Shown here in pieces: positions 25,190 through 39,619 of a stretch of DNA of 64,000 nucleotides (position 1 is its first letter; each line of letters opens with the position of its first letter). A model generated the notes under the pieces. The model did not search any database. It was not told the origin of the DNA and was given only the letters and a program-made list of their open reading frames with translations. This DNA comes from Eledone cirrhosa (lineage: Eukaryota). The stretch is taken from positions 45,694,001 through 45,758,000 of the forward strand of contig OZ024747.1 in NCBI GenBank assembly GCA_964016885.1, given 5' to 3'. A program made the translations under genes and the position numbers.

Positions 25190-25362
25190 ACAGGCTGGTG
25201 GATGGGTGCTACACGAGAATGCTGAGGATGGCTCTGAACATTAATCAGTATACACTGAGGATGAAAACCTCAGAGCTGTATGGGAACCTCCCAAAGGTCA
25301 GCTCAAAAGTGACACAGAGGAGATTGGGGTTAGCTGGACATGCTCACCGACATCCAGAGTTG
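25190..25362 (+). mobile_element. RTE/RTE-X-like LINE ORF fragment (post-RT region)
   Basis: VDGCYTRMLRMALNI...ELYGNLPKVSSKVTQRRLGLAGHAHRHPEL. Confidence 0.75.
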
Positions 25363-25851
25363 ACATATATATATATTTATATATATATATATATCCTGTC
25401 TTGAAGCGTCCATTCAAATTCATTCAGCAAGTTCCACTTAAAAGGCTAAATGTGCTGCTCAGTGGTTGCAAAAGCTGAAGAAGTTCGAATTTCTACATAA
25501 ATATTTTTTTTAAATCTCCATGTGCTTCTTATACTTAGCAATGAACTTTTGAGGATATCAAAACTCCGAAAACAATGGAATATACTTTTCCATTAACTTA
25601 CTTACTCTTTCGTGATGTTCACATATTGAAGAGATACAGAATATAGTTTTTGCTTCATGAATGTTTTGAAAAATCAAAGATATATTTTCCCATAATGACA
25701 TACGTATATACATATATGCATTCATACACCCATACATAGATACATACATTTAACCAAGCAGGCATATATTTATATATTTGTATATATATATATATATACA
25801 TTTAATCATGCATACATATATTTATATATATGTATATATATATATATATAT

Positions 25852-25886
<35 letters not shown>

Positions 25887-25906
25887 CATTTAATCATGCA
25901 TACATA

Positions 25907-25997
<91 letters not shown>

Positions 25998-26419
25998 TTA
26001 TGTGTAGGGGGGGGGGGGGTATGTGTGTATACAGCTATGTTTTCCATGCATTAAAAAAAACAAATGATCAATGTGTTTAATATGCTGTCAAACGAAAAAG
26101 AATTTTCCACACGTAGTCAATGCTAGTATTTCTTTTTGGTTTTCATTCGACATACTCCTATTAATTTTCTTCTAGTTATTTCATTTTCATTTCTTACACT
26201 CTGGAGATTTAGCTATGATAAATATGCAATATTTGAATTAGTAGAAGACAAAAAATGTGATGGAAGGAACTTTTAATAATAATACTTTTTCTATATTTTC
26301 AATGAAATAAATAATTGATATTGTGTTTAAAAAATAATGAAGATATATTCTATTAATCTTACGTTAGCAGGATGAGAGGGGAGGAGGTGGCTCTGATTGA
26401 GGTAAAGTACGAGTGAAAT

Positions 26420-26750
26420 GGATCCCCGTCGATTTCGACGAGGAGTATTTCGGTTGCTCGATTAATGGAATAGCCTGCTCATGAAGTTAACATGCAGTTC
26501 GCTGAGTATGCACGTGTACATTAACGCAATTCTCAGTGTGATTCAACACCACACGTCACGTGACAAGGCTAACCTTTTCAATTATATATATAGTCCATCA
26601 AATGCGCTTCCAAACAATTTTCGCCTACCCAATTTCACCCACAATACATGAATCGATCAGAAGCTATGGCAAATGATATTTGTCTAAGATGCCCCACTGT
26701 TGAATCAAACCCCGGACCTAATGGTTGCGACGCAAACACCGTAACCATTT
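26420..26750 (-). mobile_element. Decayed second SINE-like repeat
   Basis: Minus strand has box A/B-like TGGTTACGGTG...GGGTTTGATTC. The body resembles a common octopus interspersed repeat (from memory). Confidence 0.45.
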
Positions 26751-26957
26751 GACTATGCTGCGTCCATTAAAGTGTAAGTAAATGAAAGTATGTATGTAAA
26801 GTCATAGAGTCGTAGGGGCGTCGTATTGACATGCAGTTTTTCTTTGGCCTGTAAGCCTGGCGGAGTCCATCCCTTTCCAGACATGAGTACAGCAGATTTC
26901 TTCCAGAGAAAGATAGAAAGTGAGAGAGAGAAAACATTAGAAAGAGATATAATGGAA

Positions 26958-27118
26958 GAATCGACACCAGTACTAAACTGGTACGTTTTCCCGACCTCGA
27001 AAGGATGAAAGGCAAAGTTAACCTCAGCGGGATTTGAACTCACAGACAACAGAAAGCTGGAACGAATACCATAAAGCATTCTATACGATGTTCTAACGAC
27101 TCTGTCAATTCGCCGCCT
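26958..27118 (-). mobile_element. tRNA-derived SINE (older copy)
   Basis: Family match GAAAGGATGAAAGGCAAAGTTAACCTC..CGGGATTTGAACTC. Confidence 0.75.
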
Positions 27119-29369
27119 ATAAATGAAAGTACAAATGTTATAAAATTGTTAAAGATAGGATATATATACACCTTTTGTTGGACAGAGAAATGAGAGATTT
27201 GTACAAACTTAGAATTACCAATAGCCTATATATGGTCAGTTGAACTTTTAGAAATATGAATGAAAAGTTCTTCAAGTGCTACAAGCTACCATGTTTGGTA
27301 TTATGTAGATCTAGTTATAGGCCTACAAATATAGATAAGAAGATAGGAGTGCTTTTGAACTTCAGTCTGTTCTCACCTAGGCTAAAACAACAACTAGAAG
27401 CTAGAAACTAATATCTGGAATATATCTGATAACTATGTTGATCATAATGATTTCTAAATTTGTTTTATAACATAGACAGTGTTTCAAAAATCAAGAATGA
27501 CTACATTTAGTTATATCAACCTCTAGTATTCGAAGCCAGAGAATGGAACGTAAAGTTGACTGTAAGTTTGTTTATTGAAATATTTGTCTTTCTTCTTTCT
27601 ATTCTTTTAGTTCGTTCTGGGCCATTCTTGGACCGTCCCTATTGCATGTCAGTTTTTTCTATAAGAAACGGTTTCTTATCCTTTATTCAATCCCACCCCA
27701 TTTTCAGAGGGTCCTCATAGCTCTCTTTCTTACGGTGTAACGTGAAGAAGAAGAAGAAGAAGAAGAAGAAGATGAAGAAGAAACTATTGCATAACTTTGC
27801 GGGTATTTTATTATAAATTCTAAAAGGATGCAAGAATCCCCTATCCAGGAAGAGTCTCTCTTCTTTTATGAGCAAACATATACAATCATCAGAAATACTA
27901 TCTTATGAAACTACATCTTTATTTTGGTATTGATTCAGAAGAATATGTAAAGCACAGTATGATGCTAGATTTATACCCCAAGCAGATAATAATACGACCG
28001 GGATTCTAAGGGTGAAAAGGGTATATTAGCTCATGCATATAAAGTAAACAAAGAGACACCTCTTGATAATAGACAAAATACGTAATCACCTCCTAAAGCT
28101 TTAAATATTATTCCAGATTAATGAATATTGAGATTTGATAACTGATACTGGAATAAATGTTACAAATAATGATATATGCAGTTCTTGAATAACCAAAGGA
28201 ATCAAAGCAATTTCTTTCCCAGCGATGCGATATCATTGTTATGCTATACTTTGTGTGACTAAAATTATTGTCGTGCTGCTTGTTTTCTTTTTATAATATA
28301 TATAATTACCATATCATGTGTGACTCAACCCGATGTTCACACAATAAACATTATTTAACATTATTTAACATTGTCGGAACTTAAGATAATCCTTCGAATA
28401 AGAAATGAGTTGTTTGAGTTGAAGCAGCCATAAACTGATCTTAGATCTCTGGCCTTTAGCCTTTTAAGAGTTTTATATTTTAGTATTTCAGCTCTCGTTG
28501 TAAGTGTAAGTTCTTATTTCATTTACTGTTTAGATTTTAAGGTTTTAAAGTGTTTCACTTAACTGCTTTTGCAATTTTTTCAACTTCTATAACTACAAAA
28601 TTCTGTGTAATAAGTCCTTCCAGAGAGAGAAATCTATTTCTTAAGTTCGGTTCACTCTCTAGATTAGGTTGTTTGCTTGTATATAGAGCGTCAGCTCCTT
28701 GTGATAAGCTAGCATTACGAACACTGTCTCAAATATTAAGATATTTATGGTCTCGTATGTTGAACGCATCTCTGTCGCCTATAGCCTTTATATAATTTCC
28801 TGCTGTTACATTTACTACACCCAGTTCTAGTTTACAAGGCTGTGACAAGCTATATTGACAAATATAAAATATACGCATGGTATGAAGTTTACTTTTCGAC
28901 AATAGAAATATGTGACAAATTAAAAGGCATAAAATGCAAACAAATGAAAACAATTTATGCAGCGAGTGTATTGGCTTACCTAAAAGATTATTAGTGGTAA
29001 CATCGGGCTCATTTTGAAGTGGCGTGTGATTAAGTGTACGAGCTGTTTACTTTTTGTTGTAGTTGTTGTTGCTTTTATATAAACTGTATTTATTTCTATG
29101 CATTCATTTATTAAGTCGAAAGTAAAACTTCGTATCATGTGTATATTTTATATTTGTCGATATAATTTGTCACAGCTAAATCGGTTTATGGACCAGTTTA
29201 AAACGTTGTTTCCTGATATATAATTTGAATAACTGCCTCAACATATTGAATTTCTGGAGACATGCCAGTGGCCAAGGGAGAACAGATCTGTGATTTAGTG
29301 AGCTTAATACCAGCAGCATTGCTACAATTGTATGACAGGTACATCACTATTGGAGTTGTTGTGTGCATG

Positions 29370-29471
<102 letters not shown>

Positions 29472-29529
29472 AAGGCTCTGAAACCATCAACACCAAAAAC
29501 ACAGAGCTGGCATATCTAAGAACTGACTA

Positions 29530-29585
29530 ACTGCCTGATGAGGTCATAGCCATACAATGGCTATCATCTAAATATATATAGCAGT
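29530..29585 (+). ncRNA. Hammerhead with G12->U substitution (probably inactive)
   Basis: ACTGC-CTGATGA-GGTCATAGCCAT ACA ATGGCTATCATC-TAAA-TATATA-TA-GCAGT. Confidence 0.7.
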
Positions 29586-30102
29586 AAATAAATTATTATG
29601 AGTTCATGCAATTGACTTATGTTTCGTCACTATATATATATATATATATATATAGGATGAACCCACAGCATGGAATGAAGTTAACCTAATGGCAGGATCA
29701 ATGGACATCCTACTACATCAATGACCATACGTACATATATTGACCCCTCTGCCTATATCTATAAACATATATAATCATAGATGATATATTTATAGATATA
29801 GATAGAGCAATAGATAAACAATATGTGTATATCTCTACATCGATATATGAAAATAGAAATATTTGTATAAACATATATATATGTGTGTGGTATGTATGTG
29901 CGTGGATAGAACTGATCATTCCGTTTAGTTAACCATGATATAATAGGAAAAATCACTCTACGTTACGCAACTCATCCATCGTTGATGTTGAATCCATTGG
30001 CTGGTGCTGGAACGGAGTTAGATATTAGATTAAAATATCGTTTTGATTAAAACAACAGGAGGCAGGACTGGTGATGTTCCTTTAAAATGTTATTGTTGCA
30101 AC

Positions 30103-30159
30103 AACACTATATATTTCAATGGCCTGGTTATGTAAGATCCTGGCAACATCATCAGGTTC
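30103..30159 (-). ncRNA. Degenerate hammerhead candidate
   Basis: Minus strand reads AAC-CTGATGA-TGTTGCCAGG...CCAGGCCATT-GAAA-TATA-TA-GTGTT; stems are imperfect. Confidence 0.45.
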
Positions 30160-30439
30160 GTTTTGCATAATTAGTTAATCAATAAAGGAATTACGGTAAA
30201 CACAAACAGAGAAAATATTTGATTCAGAGATGGCTTGCGAAATAATTGTTATTTTTGCTGCAGAGCATCTCCGAATAACAAGCTCGTCATTGCAAAGAAT
30301 TGTGGGTTTGGTAGGCGAGACCAAGATAGGTGTTAGGCTTGTTTTCGTGGCAACATATATCCTGTTGTTATAGATACTACTATGCCATTAATGATAGCCA
30401 CTCTGAGCACAGCCACAGAGGTGAGGGGCAATAATAAAT

Positions 30440-31760
30440 CCCGATGCTGAGAGCTTTCCAGCCTCCGTCTCGAACGTGCGGTCCATTTTCTGCACCAGGT
30501 ACAGGTGAACCCCAATGAGGATGTCCTCTTCCTCCGGTCACCGATCCACTCGCCAGCCATCCGCTCCACCATCAAGCCCAGACTCCAGCAACTCCAGACC
30601 CTCACGAGCCGACTGGGCATTGTTGACGGTCACCCAGCCCTCCACCTGTTGAGGCACTGCTTCGACATGCCGAAGCTTCTCTATACCCTTCGCAGCGCTC
30701 CGTGCTACAGCCACGCATTTCTCCACGCTGACCTCGACACCTGTATCCGAGGGGCAGCTGAGGAGATATGCAACGTCAGGTTTGACGACATTGGATGGCA
30801 ACGGGCCACCTTACGTGTCAGATATGGTGGCCTTGGCCTCCAGTCCCCGATCTCGCTGGCTTTGCCAGCGTTTCTTTCATCGGTAACCTCATGCCGCGTC
30901 CTCGTCAGCAGGGTCCTCCAAAACACAATGGAACCTTCTGTGATCGAGGAATGTGAGGCCGCCTGCGAGACGTGGGACCGGTTGGGAATTAGCTCAGTAG
31001 ACTCCCTCCTCCTTCTCCTCCTGGTGACGTCAACTCCCACCAAAGCATTTGGGATGAGATCCAGTGCAGCCTGGCCTCAGAAAAGCTCACGCGCCAGCTC
31101 GACCAGCATCGCCTTACCTGTTTTCGCTCGGCCTCCAAACCCTACAGTGGTGCCTGGCTCCATGACTTACCCTCCTTCTACACTGGAACGAAGCTGGACA
31201 ACGATAGCCTGCTCATCGGCGTTTCCCTGAGGCTTGGCCTCCGGACCTGCGAGCCACACAAATGTCACTGCGGATCCACCCGGTTTCCTGTCGCCACAGT
31301 GCCGGCCACCTACTACGCCATGCTGCCATCAACGTAGTCATAAAGCATGGCTTAGATGCTGCAGGCTTCCCCTCCCAGCTCGAGCCGGTGGCGCTGAGCC
31401 GACGGGACGACAAAAGGCCAGACTGTATGACCATCTTCCCATTCCACGGTGGCAAACCCCTCGTCTGGGATGCCACTTGCAGCGACACAAACTCTCCAAG
31501 TACCGTTTGATGGAATGGCTCTTCCAGCGCATCTCCAAGGAAACGCCTTCCTCATTCTGTCCGCCGGGGCCTTGGGGCGGCCAGCATTGGGACCCCATTT
31601 GTTCTCAATACAGAGAGACGAGGAGGGCGATAGAGATGGAGTCGATGACAGTGGGAGTTCGGCCCTTCCGTGTTTGAATACATTGCACCTGTCAAGCAAA
31701 CAATGGGTTTTCATTGAGTGGCAATGTTGTAGTGCTCCGTTTTTTACCTTGTTGACTTAC
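30440..31760 (+). mobile_element. CRE-like (RLE-type) non-LTR retrotransposon, 3' part, frameshifted
   Basis: ALHLLRHC...PKLLYTLRS, WQRATLRVRYGGLGL, SGAWL, CHCG, RHAAIN..IK, EP..LSR.D.KRPD...GKPLVWDATCSDT (PD-D/ExK-type nuclease). Confidence 0.8.
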
Positions 31761-31791
31761 ACTTTTTGTTTATATATATATATATATATAT

Positions 31792-32150
31792 AACCAAAGA
31801 TTAATATGGTTCATTGATTACTCAATGAATATAGTTTTACAATAGATTAAAAGCACTCTACAACGAAGTTTTCTGGAGTTATTAATATTATTCAAAATAT
31901 TAATAAATGAAGACATTCATATAAATATATGTTTTATTATATATATTTCGAAGGAACTGTGGTGTTTTTTCAGTACGTCCTCGTCAGATAAAATACATGA
32001 ATTGATGTATGACATACCTCAACTGTCTTGATGGTTCAATTCCAGTATTGGACGTACTGAAAAATAGCACAGTACCTTCGAAATATATATAATAAAACAT
32101 ATATTTTGATTATGTGAATGTCTTCATTAATTTAATATTTTGAATAATAT
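31792..32150 (-). mobile_element. pLTR fragment with an inverted partial copy; diverged relative of the 1053/5560 pLTR
   Basis: 31884-31980 is the reverse complement of 32050-32150. Shares TGACATACC, GGACGTACTG and AAGCACTCTAC motifs with 5420-5657. Flanked by (TA)n. Confidence 0.75.
31927..31999 (-). ncRNA. Type I hammerhead ribozyme
   Basis: Minus strand reads ATGTATTTTAT-CTGACGA-GGACGTACTG...CAGTTCCTTC-GAAA-TATATA-TA-ATAAAACATAT. Confidence 0.78.
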
Positions 32151-32273
32151 ATATATATATCACCCTTGCAAGCAGGGAAAAGTGGACGTAAAATGAAATG
32201 ATGATGAATGATGATGATATATATATATATATAAACAAGAAGTGTAAGTCAACAAAGTAAAATACAGAGCATT

Positions 32274-32350
<77 letters not shown>

Positions 32351-32353
<3 letters not shown>

Positions 32354-33139
32354 AATTAATATCTAGTAACATATATATACATACAGATGCATATCAATGC
32401 TAGCAAATATATAGGTTTTGTCTTAGTAACTTTGTGGTTCAATGCATGGGGTTGCAGAACAATAATATGAGAGACGTAAAATAAGAAAATTATAAAATTA
32501 ACTTACTTACTAAAATATCACTTCCAACTAATTAGTTTCTGGAATGGATTAAATATATTTTCCGAAGAAAATACAGAGAATCATTCCGTCGTCAGGGAAG
32601 TCTATTCTCATCTAAGTATCCAGGCAAAGCGTGGACTCTGGAAACTTATTAAAAAATAATTCAGTGGATAGAAAATAGCAAAGCGTGGACTGAATTCCTA
32701 CCATTGAGAAAATCACTGCCTCTGCGTCGGTGGCAAATTCAAAAAGAATCAATCACGTGACATCGAGGTCAATCAGTGGAAAGTGGTTTGCTAATAAGAC
32801 AGCGGCCTGCCTGCTACCATAGCAGCAGTCATGGCCAATATTGCTCGACAAATAATTTGGAGATAATTATAAAGAATTAATATCTAGTAACATATATATA
32901 CATACAGATGCATATCAATGCTAGCAAATATATAGGTTTTGTCTTAGTAACTTTGTGGTTCAATGCATGGGGTTGCAGAACAATAATATGAGAGACGTAA
33001 AATAAGAAAATTATAAAATTAACTTACTTACTAAAATCTGTATTTTCTTCGGAAAATATATTTATTCCATTCCAGAAACTAATTAGTTGGAAGTGATATT
33101 TTAGTAAGTAAGTTAATTTTATAATTTTCTTATTTTACG

Positions 33140-33149
<10 letters not shown>
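32351..33149 (-). mobile_element. Non-coding 521-bp partial tandem plus inverted segment, with HHR (retrozyme-like or non-autonomous PLE)
   Basis: 32351-32516 equals 32872-33037, and 33038-33149 is the reverse complement of 32465-32576. Flanked by (TA)n. Confidence 0.85.
32520..32601 (-). ncRNA. Type I hammerhead ribozyme
   Basis: Minus strand reads ACTTCC-CTGACGA-CGGAATG...CATTCCA-GAAA-CTAATTAG-TT-GGAAGT; perfect stem I and palindromic stem III. Confidence 0.88.
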
Positions 33150-33183
<34 letters not shown>

Positions 33184-33605
33184 ATGTAGGGATGTATTTA
33201 CGTATCTGTGTACGTATGTGTACAAATATTTATCTATGTATGTATATATATATATATGTGTGTGCGTTCGTGTGTTTGTGTACGTGTGTGTGTCTTTGTG
33301 TATGTTTGTGTTTTTGTATTTTGTGCGTGTGTGTTTAGTTAAATATATATTACATGAAGTTTTTCGTGTTTTTGAATACAACTAATATTTTCCTCAACAA
33401 ACATACGTTTATGTTCAGGAATATATATGGATGTTCACATAATACATATCCAATAAAATTCTTCAGAAGGAAAAAAAAAAACAATAGATTCTGTATGAAT
33501 ATATACTGGCCCAAACCATCATAGTGTGATGGTGGAGGAGATCAGGGTACAGTAATGTTCTATGGAGGACAGGTTATACATATTTATAAACGTTTAAAAA
33601 AATAT

Positions 33606-33781
33606 AATTGTTTCTACTTTTGGCACAAGGCCAGCAATTACCCTGTACATTAGTGGTACTTTATTTTATCGACCCCGTATGGATGAAATGCAAAGTTAAC
33701 CTCGGCGGGATTTGAACTCAGATCATAAAGGGACGTAACTATGCTGGAAAGCATGTCCGCCCCTCTACCGATACTGCCAAT
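33606..33781 (-). mobile_element. tRNA-derived SINE
   Basis: Family match; AAAAATATAAT on both flanks. Confidence 0.88.
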
Positions 33782-33960
33782 AAAAATATAATGAAAGTTG
33801 GGTTGTATGTTGTGTTAAGTAAATGAACAAAAATGAATTACGAAATGCATATTATGTACAAACTATATTAGGAAAAAAGTATAAATTAAAAAATGTACAT
33901 TAGGGGTAAATATAGATAAAATATAAATATATATTGTTTATTGCCCGTGTTTCATCAAAA

Positions 33961-34137
33961 TAATTGTTTCTACTTTAGGCACAAGGCCAGCAATTACCCA
34001 GTTCATTACTGGTACTTTATTTTATCGACCCCGAAAGGCAAAGTCAACCTCGGCAGGATTTGAACTCAGATCGTAAAGGGACGTAACTATGCTGGAAAGC
34101 ATGGCGTCCGACCCTCTACCGATACTGCCAATCCACC
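33961..34137 (-). mobile_element. tRNA-derived SINE with target-site duplication
   Basis: Family match; GTTTCATCAAAAT before the copy and twice after it. Confidence 0.88.
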
Positions 34138-35016
34138 TTTGGTTTCATCAAAATGTTTCATCAAAATAATAGATCTAGTTCTCACTTATATGTGTGTGTT
34201 TGTATTGTGAATGAAAGAGTGTAGTTTGGCGTTCTATAATGACTGATGTGATGACTATACTCAAGGCCTGGAAATGATAGACCAGTATCGAGTGTATTCG
34301 TATATTGAAGATGGGGAAATTATTTAATTCCAAGCACTCCAGGAATGAAGACACATTCCAGTGTCTTCTGTATAACCCAGAAAGTCCTTAGATGGACAGT
34401 CGGTGATGTAACGCATACCAGATATTTATTAATAGCGGTGATGCTAATGAACATGATGGCGGAATTGTGGGGGATGGGTACAAATGCAAGTATATTGTTG
34501 AAGGTAAAATTGAAGAAATAAAATATAAAATCTAATAAATTTAAGTTAAATTAAAATTGAAATTAAATTTAACTTAAATTTATTAGATTTTAAAATTAAA
34601 ATTGAAATTAAATTTAATTCTTAGCTAGTGTTTGCCTCGCTCATTATAAGATTCGATATGGAATATATTATAATTTTATACTATAAGATAAAATATGAAA
34701 ATATAGACATTTTATATCATGTAATATGCATGTCCCTGTGTAGTTATAATACAAGAGAACTATATCAAATGTTAGTGAGTGAATTTCATGGAGGAGGGGT
34801 AATTAAGTATAACATTAATGGATGGTAAATAAGTGAAAGAGATAGTGAAATGCAATTAATAAATGATAATGATTAATATCTCATTGAAGCTATTAGAATG
34901 GGGACCCTACTGCGACATCTTGTACCACATATGAGGTAGAAGATAACCTGAAGGTAAAGGTGTACGTACACAAGTTACATCTGAACTATACAATATCTCT
35001 CTCTATCTCTCTCTCA

Positions 35017-35088
<72 letters not shown>

Positions 35089-35098
35089 ATGTATGCGT

Positions 35099-35137
<39 letters not shown>

Positions 35138-35150
35138 AATGTGTGTACAC

Positions 35151-35202
<52 letters not shown>

Positions 35203-35499
35203 ATGTATATATATATATATATATAATGTATCAATAAGTAGTGAATAAGAATACAATAATATCATTCATCATCATATTCACGCCAAAAAAATAGTTATAC
35301 ACCATGTCTAAGGAAAAAAACATTGTTAGAAAGACCAAGTAAAAAAAAGAGAAAAGCTTCTCTGCCATTATTTTTTATCCAAATGACAAGTAAGAGAAGT
35401 GAATTCATTGGCACGAAGTACACAGTGCTACATGAAATGAGGAATGAGGAAATTGTCGATGTGGAAAACAGTCATGTCTCGTGCAGATATGAGTGACAT

Positions 35500-35700
35500 G
35501 AAAATTCATCATCAGCATCATAGGCATCAATATCAATAACAAAATCACCATCATCATAATCATCAAAATTTGTTACCATCACTTTCATCGTACACTCATT
35601 GATATCATTGTACTCATCAATGTTATCAACCTCTTTATAGTAGTTATCATCATTATCAACTTTAACTTCTCCATCGTCCTTTTCATCATCAGCATTTTTG

Positions 35701-35753
<53 letters not shown>

Positions 35754-35935
35754 TTCATCATCCTCATTTTCATCGTTGTCATCATAGTCATTTTCCTCAT
35801 CATCAATAGTCTTATTCATCCTCAATATCCTTGTGGTCCTCATCTCCATCCTATCCTACTCATCGTCCTCATCCCTTTCTGCTCTTCATCATTATACTCC
35901 CATCATCCTGACTTCCAATTTACAGTCATCCGTCA
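35500..35935. repeat. (CAT)n microsatellite with degenerate flanks
   Basis: Pure core at 35701-35750. Confidence 0.9.
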
Positions 35936-36552
35936 TTGCAGTAAGCAGTGCAATGAAGTAAAGGGACGCAACTCTATGTCGCAAAGCTCTACCTATACTG
36001 CCAATCCATCACCCTCTGATATTTAGAATGTAACTAAATAAAAATTTCTTAAATGCAATTATGATGGAAGGATTTAATATAAGTTATAAAATGAGACGCT
36101 TTGTGTCATAAGCGAAGTGTGGTTTCTGGTAGTTTGTTATCAAAAGTGGTAAAGACTCCAAAAGTTGGTATTAGTGGAAACCATTCACTTCATGTATATA
36201 TTTCTGTATTCTATCCTACCATTGTAATTCTACTACTTTTATACTTAATTCATTTATATCTAGAATTTCCTGCTAATGTATTTTATCCAACTATCAAGCT
36301 ATAAAATGCTTTAGCCATTGGGGAAATTAGGTATGTTCTATATAGTTACTTGAAATGTTAGAAATATCAATGATATCTTCCTTAACTCTCAACGTTTTGT
36401 TTTATATAGAAAAAAAAGACACATTGGGAAATGTAGTCATGGATACATAAAAATGGAACGGCCCCAATCTGAACACATTTTATCATAGTTCTGGTACTAA
36501 ATAACGAAAACATCAACTACAGACCCCAGCGAGCTTTTAATACTGATAGATA

Positions 36553-36868
36553 TATTTCTTTATTTGCCACAAGGGCGCACAAGAAACGGGGACAAAACAA
36601 AGACACATGCCGGGGATTTTACATACAATCGTGTAAAAATATTGAAACAAACAAATTAAACAATCGAAATCCCCAATAGGGGGGAGGCACCACAAATGGG
36701 TTGTTTAATACCCAGTCGATAGAACAACACTCAACTTCAGGAGCGTGTTGTGCAAGTGCTCCCTTCTTCCTTTTGCTCTCTTCTTCAACCTACAGGTTTA
36801 TATATAGAGAAGGCCCAATCACTCGGGCCATTTTTGCCACATTCACCCACCTTTCAGTAAATTTACTG
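36553..36868 (-). mobile_element. Tx1-like LINE 3' fragment
   Basis: Matches 16900-17230 (TCTTTATTTGCCACA..., CACTCGGGCCATTTT.GCCACATTCA). Confidence 0.85.
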
Positions 36869-38434
36869 AGAGATAAACAGCCAAACAGCCCTAAAATTAC
36901 ACCCTACTGTGGGGAATAACGACAGAAATATCTCTAACCAAAGTTAGGTCCGATCTGAGAATAATGAACAGCGATAACACCATACTCTTATCTTTGAGGC
37001 AACTGCAAAAAGGACATGAGTATTGACACAAACTATTCTTTGAGAAAATTATCTCTTGTTAGTTTACTGTCTTATCCAAGGGCGCAGAAGAAACTAATTT
37101 CATATTTGCTTATCACCTATATATATTGGAGTTAAATACCAGTCCTTTGGATTAAGAAGATTCTACAAAGGATTAACTTAATCTTTTCATTAGCTGTCAT
37201 CACTGGTAAATCTTCCAATCTAATTGTAGGATTATCTTTACTTTTGACAATAATTCTTCTTTGCTGCCAAATACATAAATAAGTTGTCTCCTAAATTTGG
37301 AAGAGACGCTTTTAAATTAGGCAAATTTGTTATTTATTTCACCATTCTTATGATAGCTTCTATCAACAGACATTGGGTGGTAAACTCACAACTCTATTTG
37401 ACTTAATTTACATTCTGAGCTTAATTTTGCTTTTAATCCATTTGGAGTTGCTTTCATTGCCTACACCTACCTACTAAATTTTGTAGATATTTGTTCTAAA
37501 TCATTATGCACATATGAATTATGATAGGATGCTGTAATTACAGTCATCAGACAAATTCATCTGTGTCTATTTGACACTGAGTAAATTCTATTAGTACACA
37601 CAAGGAGTAATGCAAAAAGAAGCCAATGGGTGGGGCTGTAGGTCTACATGACTGTTCAATCTACTAGAAATAACAACTAACTCTCATTCAGATGAAAAGG
37701 TAGGCTACATTGAATAATCTAGCCCTAGATATACTGTATTGATAAAGCAAAAACAAAAACTAATGGATAGTTAAGGTTCAAATATAATTGATGAGAGGTT
37801 TATTTTATCAGGGCTCACATTTGAGTAAAAACAACTATAATAACAACTAATGTCAGAAGCAACATTTCTTAGACTGTTATCTACATGCTTGTTAAGCTCA
37901 GAAGAGGCTTTTGACATCTGGTACTCTAGATTTGTTGTCTTGGCATAAAGTAGATAAGGAATTAATCTCCCTCTTAGATAAGAAAGTAGTTCATTGCAGA
38001 TACCATTTCTATATAATCTGGTGACTATTCCTGACAGTTAGGTGATGTGAAGCAGTGTAGCATTACTTGTTTGGCTCAGAAATACAATAGAATTACTCTC
38101 AGTGGATTTCAACACAATACATTATTTAGACAACTATTTCACTTCTACCTTAACACACAATCAACTGTATTACCAGTCAATGATGCAGACTATGTATTTA
38201 TCACCCTGTTAGAAATAGCATCGAAATATCCCTCAAATCACACCTGAACATCTAAGAAAATAGAAGAGTATATTGCAGCATACATGCAGTTAAGATAATC
38301 ATAATTCACACAGCAAAATAGAGAAAAATAATTTTTGTCATTACAAAAAAATTTTTTTCTTTGATAGTGGGGCTATCCATATACTTTTTGTATGTAATTG
38401 TATTATATATGTTTATGTATGTTTTCATATACAC

Positions 38435-38540
<106 letters not shown>

Positions 38541-39395
38541 ATATATTATTTTAGCAAGTAATCAAGAAGATAATAATTCTAGTGTAAATGCTACACAGGG
38601 AAGACGTCTATTTTCCAGAATGTTAGCATTTGTCAAAAATGTGATATTTAGTCTGAAAGATGAAGAAAGTAACACAACATATAATTAGACGAGAATTAGG
38701 CCAGTATTATAATTACAGCTTGATGCATTGAGCTTATGCTTGATCATAGAGCCTCTGAATTTGGGATTGAGATTCACAAATAAACTGTGTTGGTTTTGGC
38801 ACTAGTTATATATATATATTTCTGGAAATTGGTCAGCGATCCCATGGACAACATTTTGATTTTTTTTACTAAAGATTTTGCTTAAAATAGTTTATTTTTA
38901 TTATACATATATATATAAAACTTCTGACCGCTGTTACTTTATATAGCATGTTATATATGTAACTTTCTATATAAAATATCGGATCATTGGGTAGTTTTGA
39001 AATATAAAATCCCGATCTTAGAAACTAATTGTAACTTCAGTTGATATCTGTAAATAATAACTTAGAATATTCCCCCAGTTGATGGGAAAAATATAGCCAG
39101 TAGCCGCTGCCGAGAATCGAAGTCTGTATCTCTCAAATTCAAGTTAATCAGCCTCTGACAAACGATTTTGCCTAATTAGATGGATATATAAACATATGTG
39201 GATATCAACATATATCTAAATAAACTATATGAGCGTTAGTGGTTTTGAAATTCTTAAAAAAATATAGCAATCCAAAATGCAGAAAATATATGCAACCTCA
39301 ATTTATAGCTAGAAATAAATTGTCTAAGCTGTTACTTTCTGCAATCCACAGTGGTTTCAGCTATTGTATGTGTTTGGAATTCCGACATTTTTTAA

Positions 39396-39528
<133 letters not shown>

Positions 39529-39619
39529 CACTCTGCATCTCCCCATGCATCGAGTACTTCCATGATTAGTAGTGTCCTCAGTCTCACTACTGTAGACTCT
39601 CTCTCTCTATCTATCTATC

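Noticed and set aside
28480-28953. Coding-like unique stretch on the minus strand
   Set aside because: Interrupted by stops, with no recognisable motif.
35472-35849. Asp-rich and Met-rich ORFs
   Set aside because: Translations of a (CAT)n/(GAT)n repeat.
37530-37560. CTGATGA-like matches here and at 3 and 27884
   Set aside because: No correctly placed GAAA or stem pairing; not called as hammerheads.
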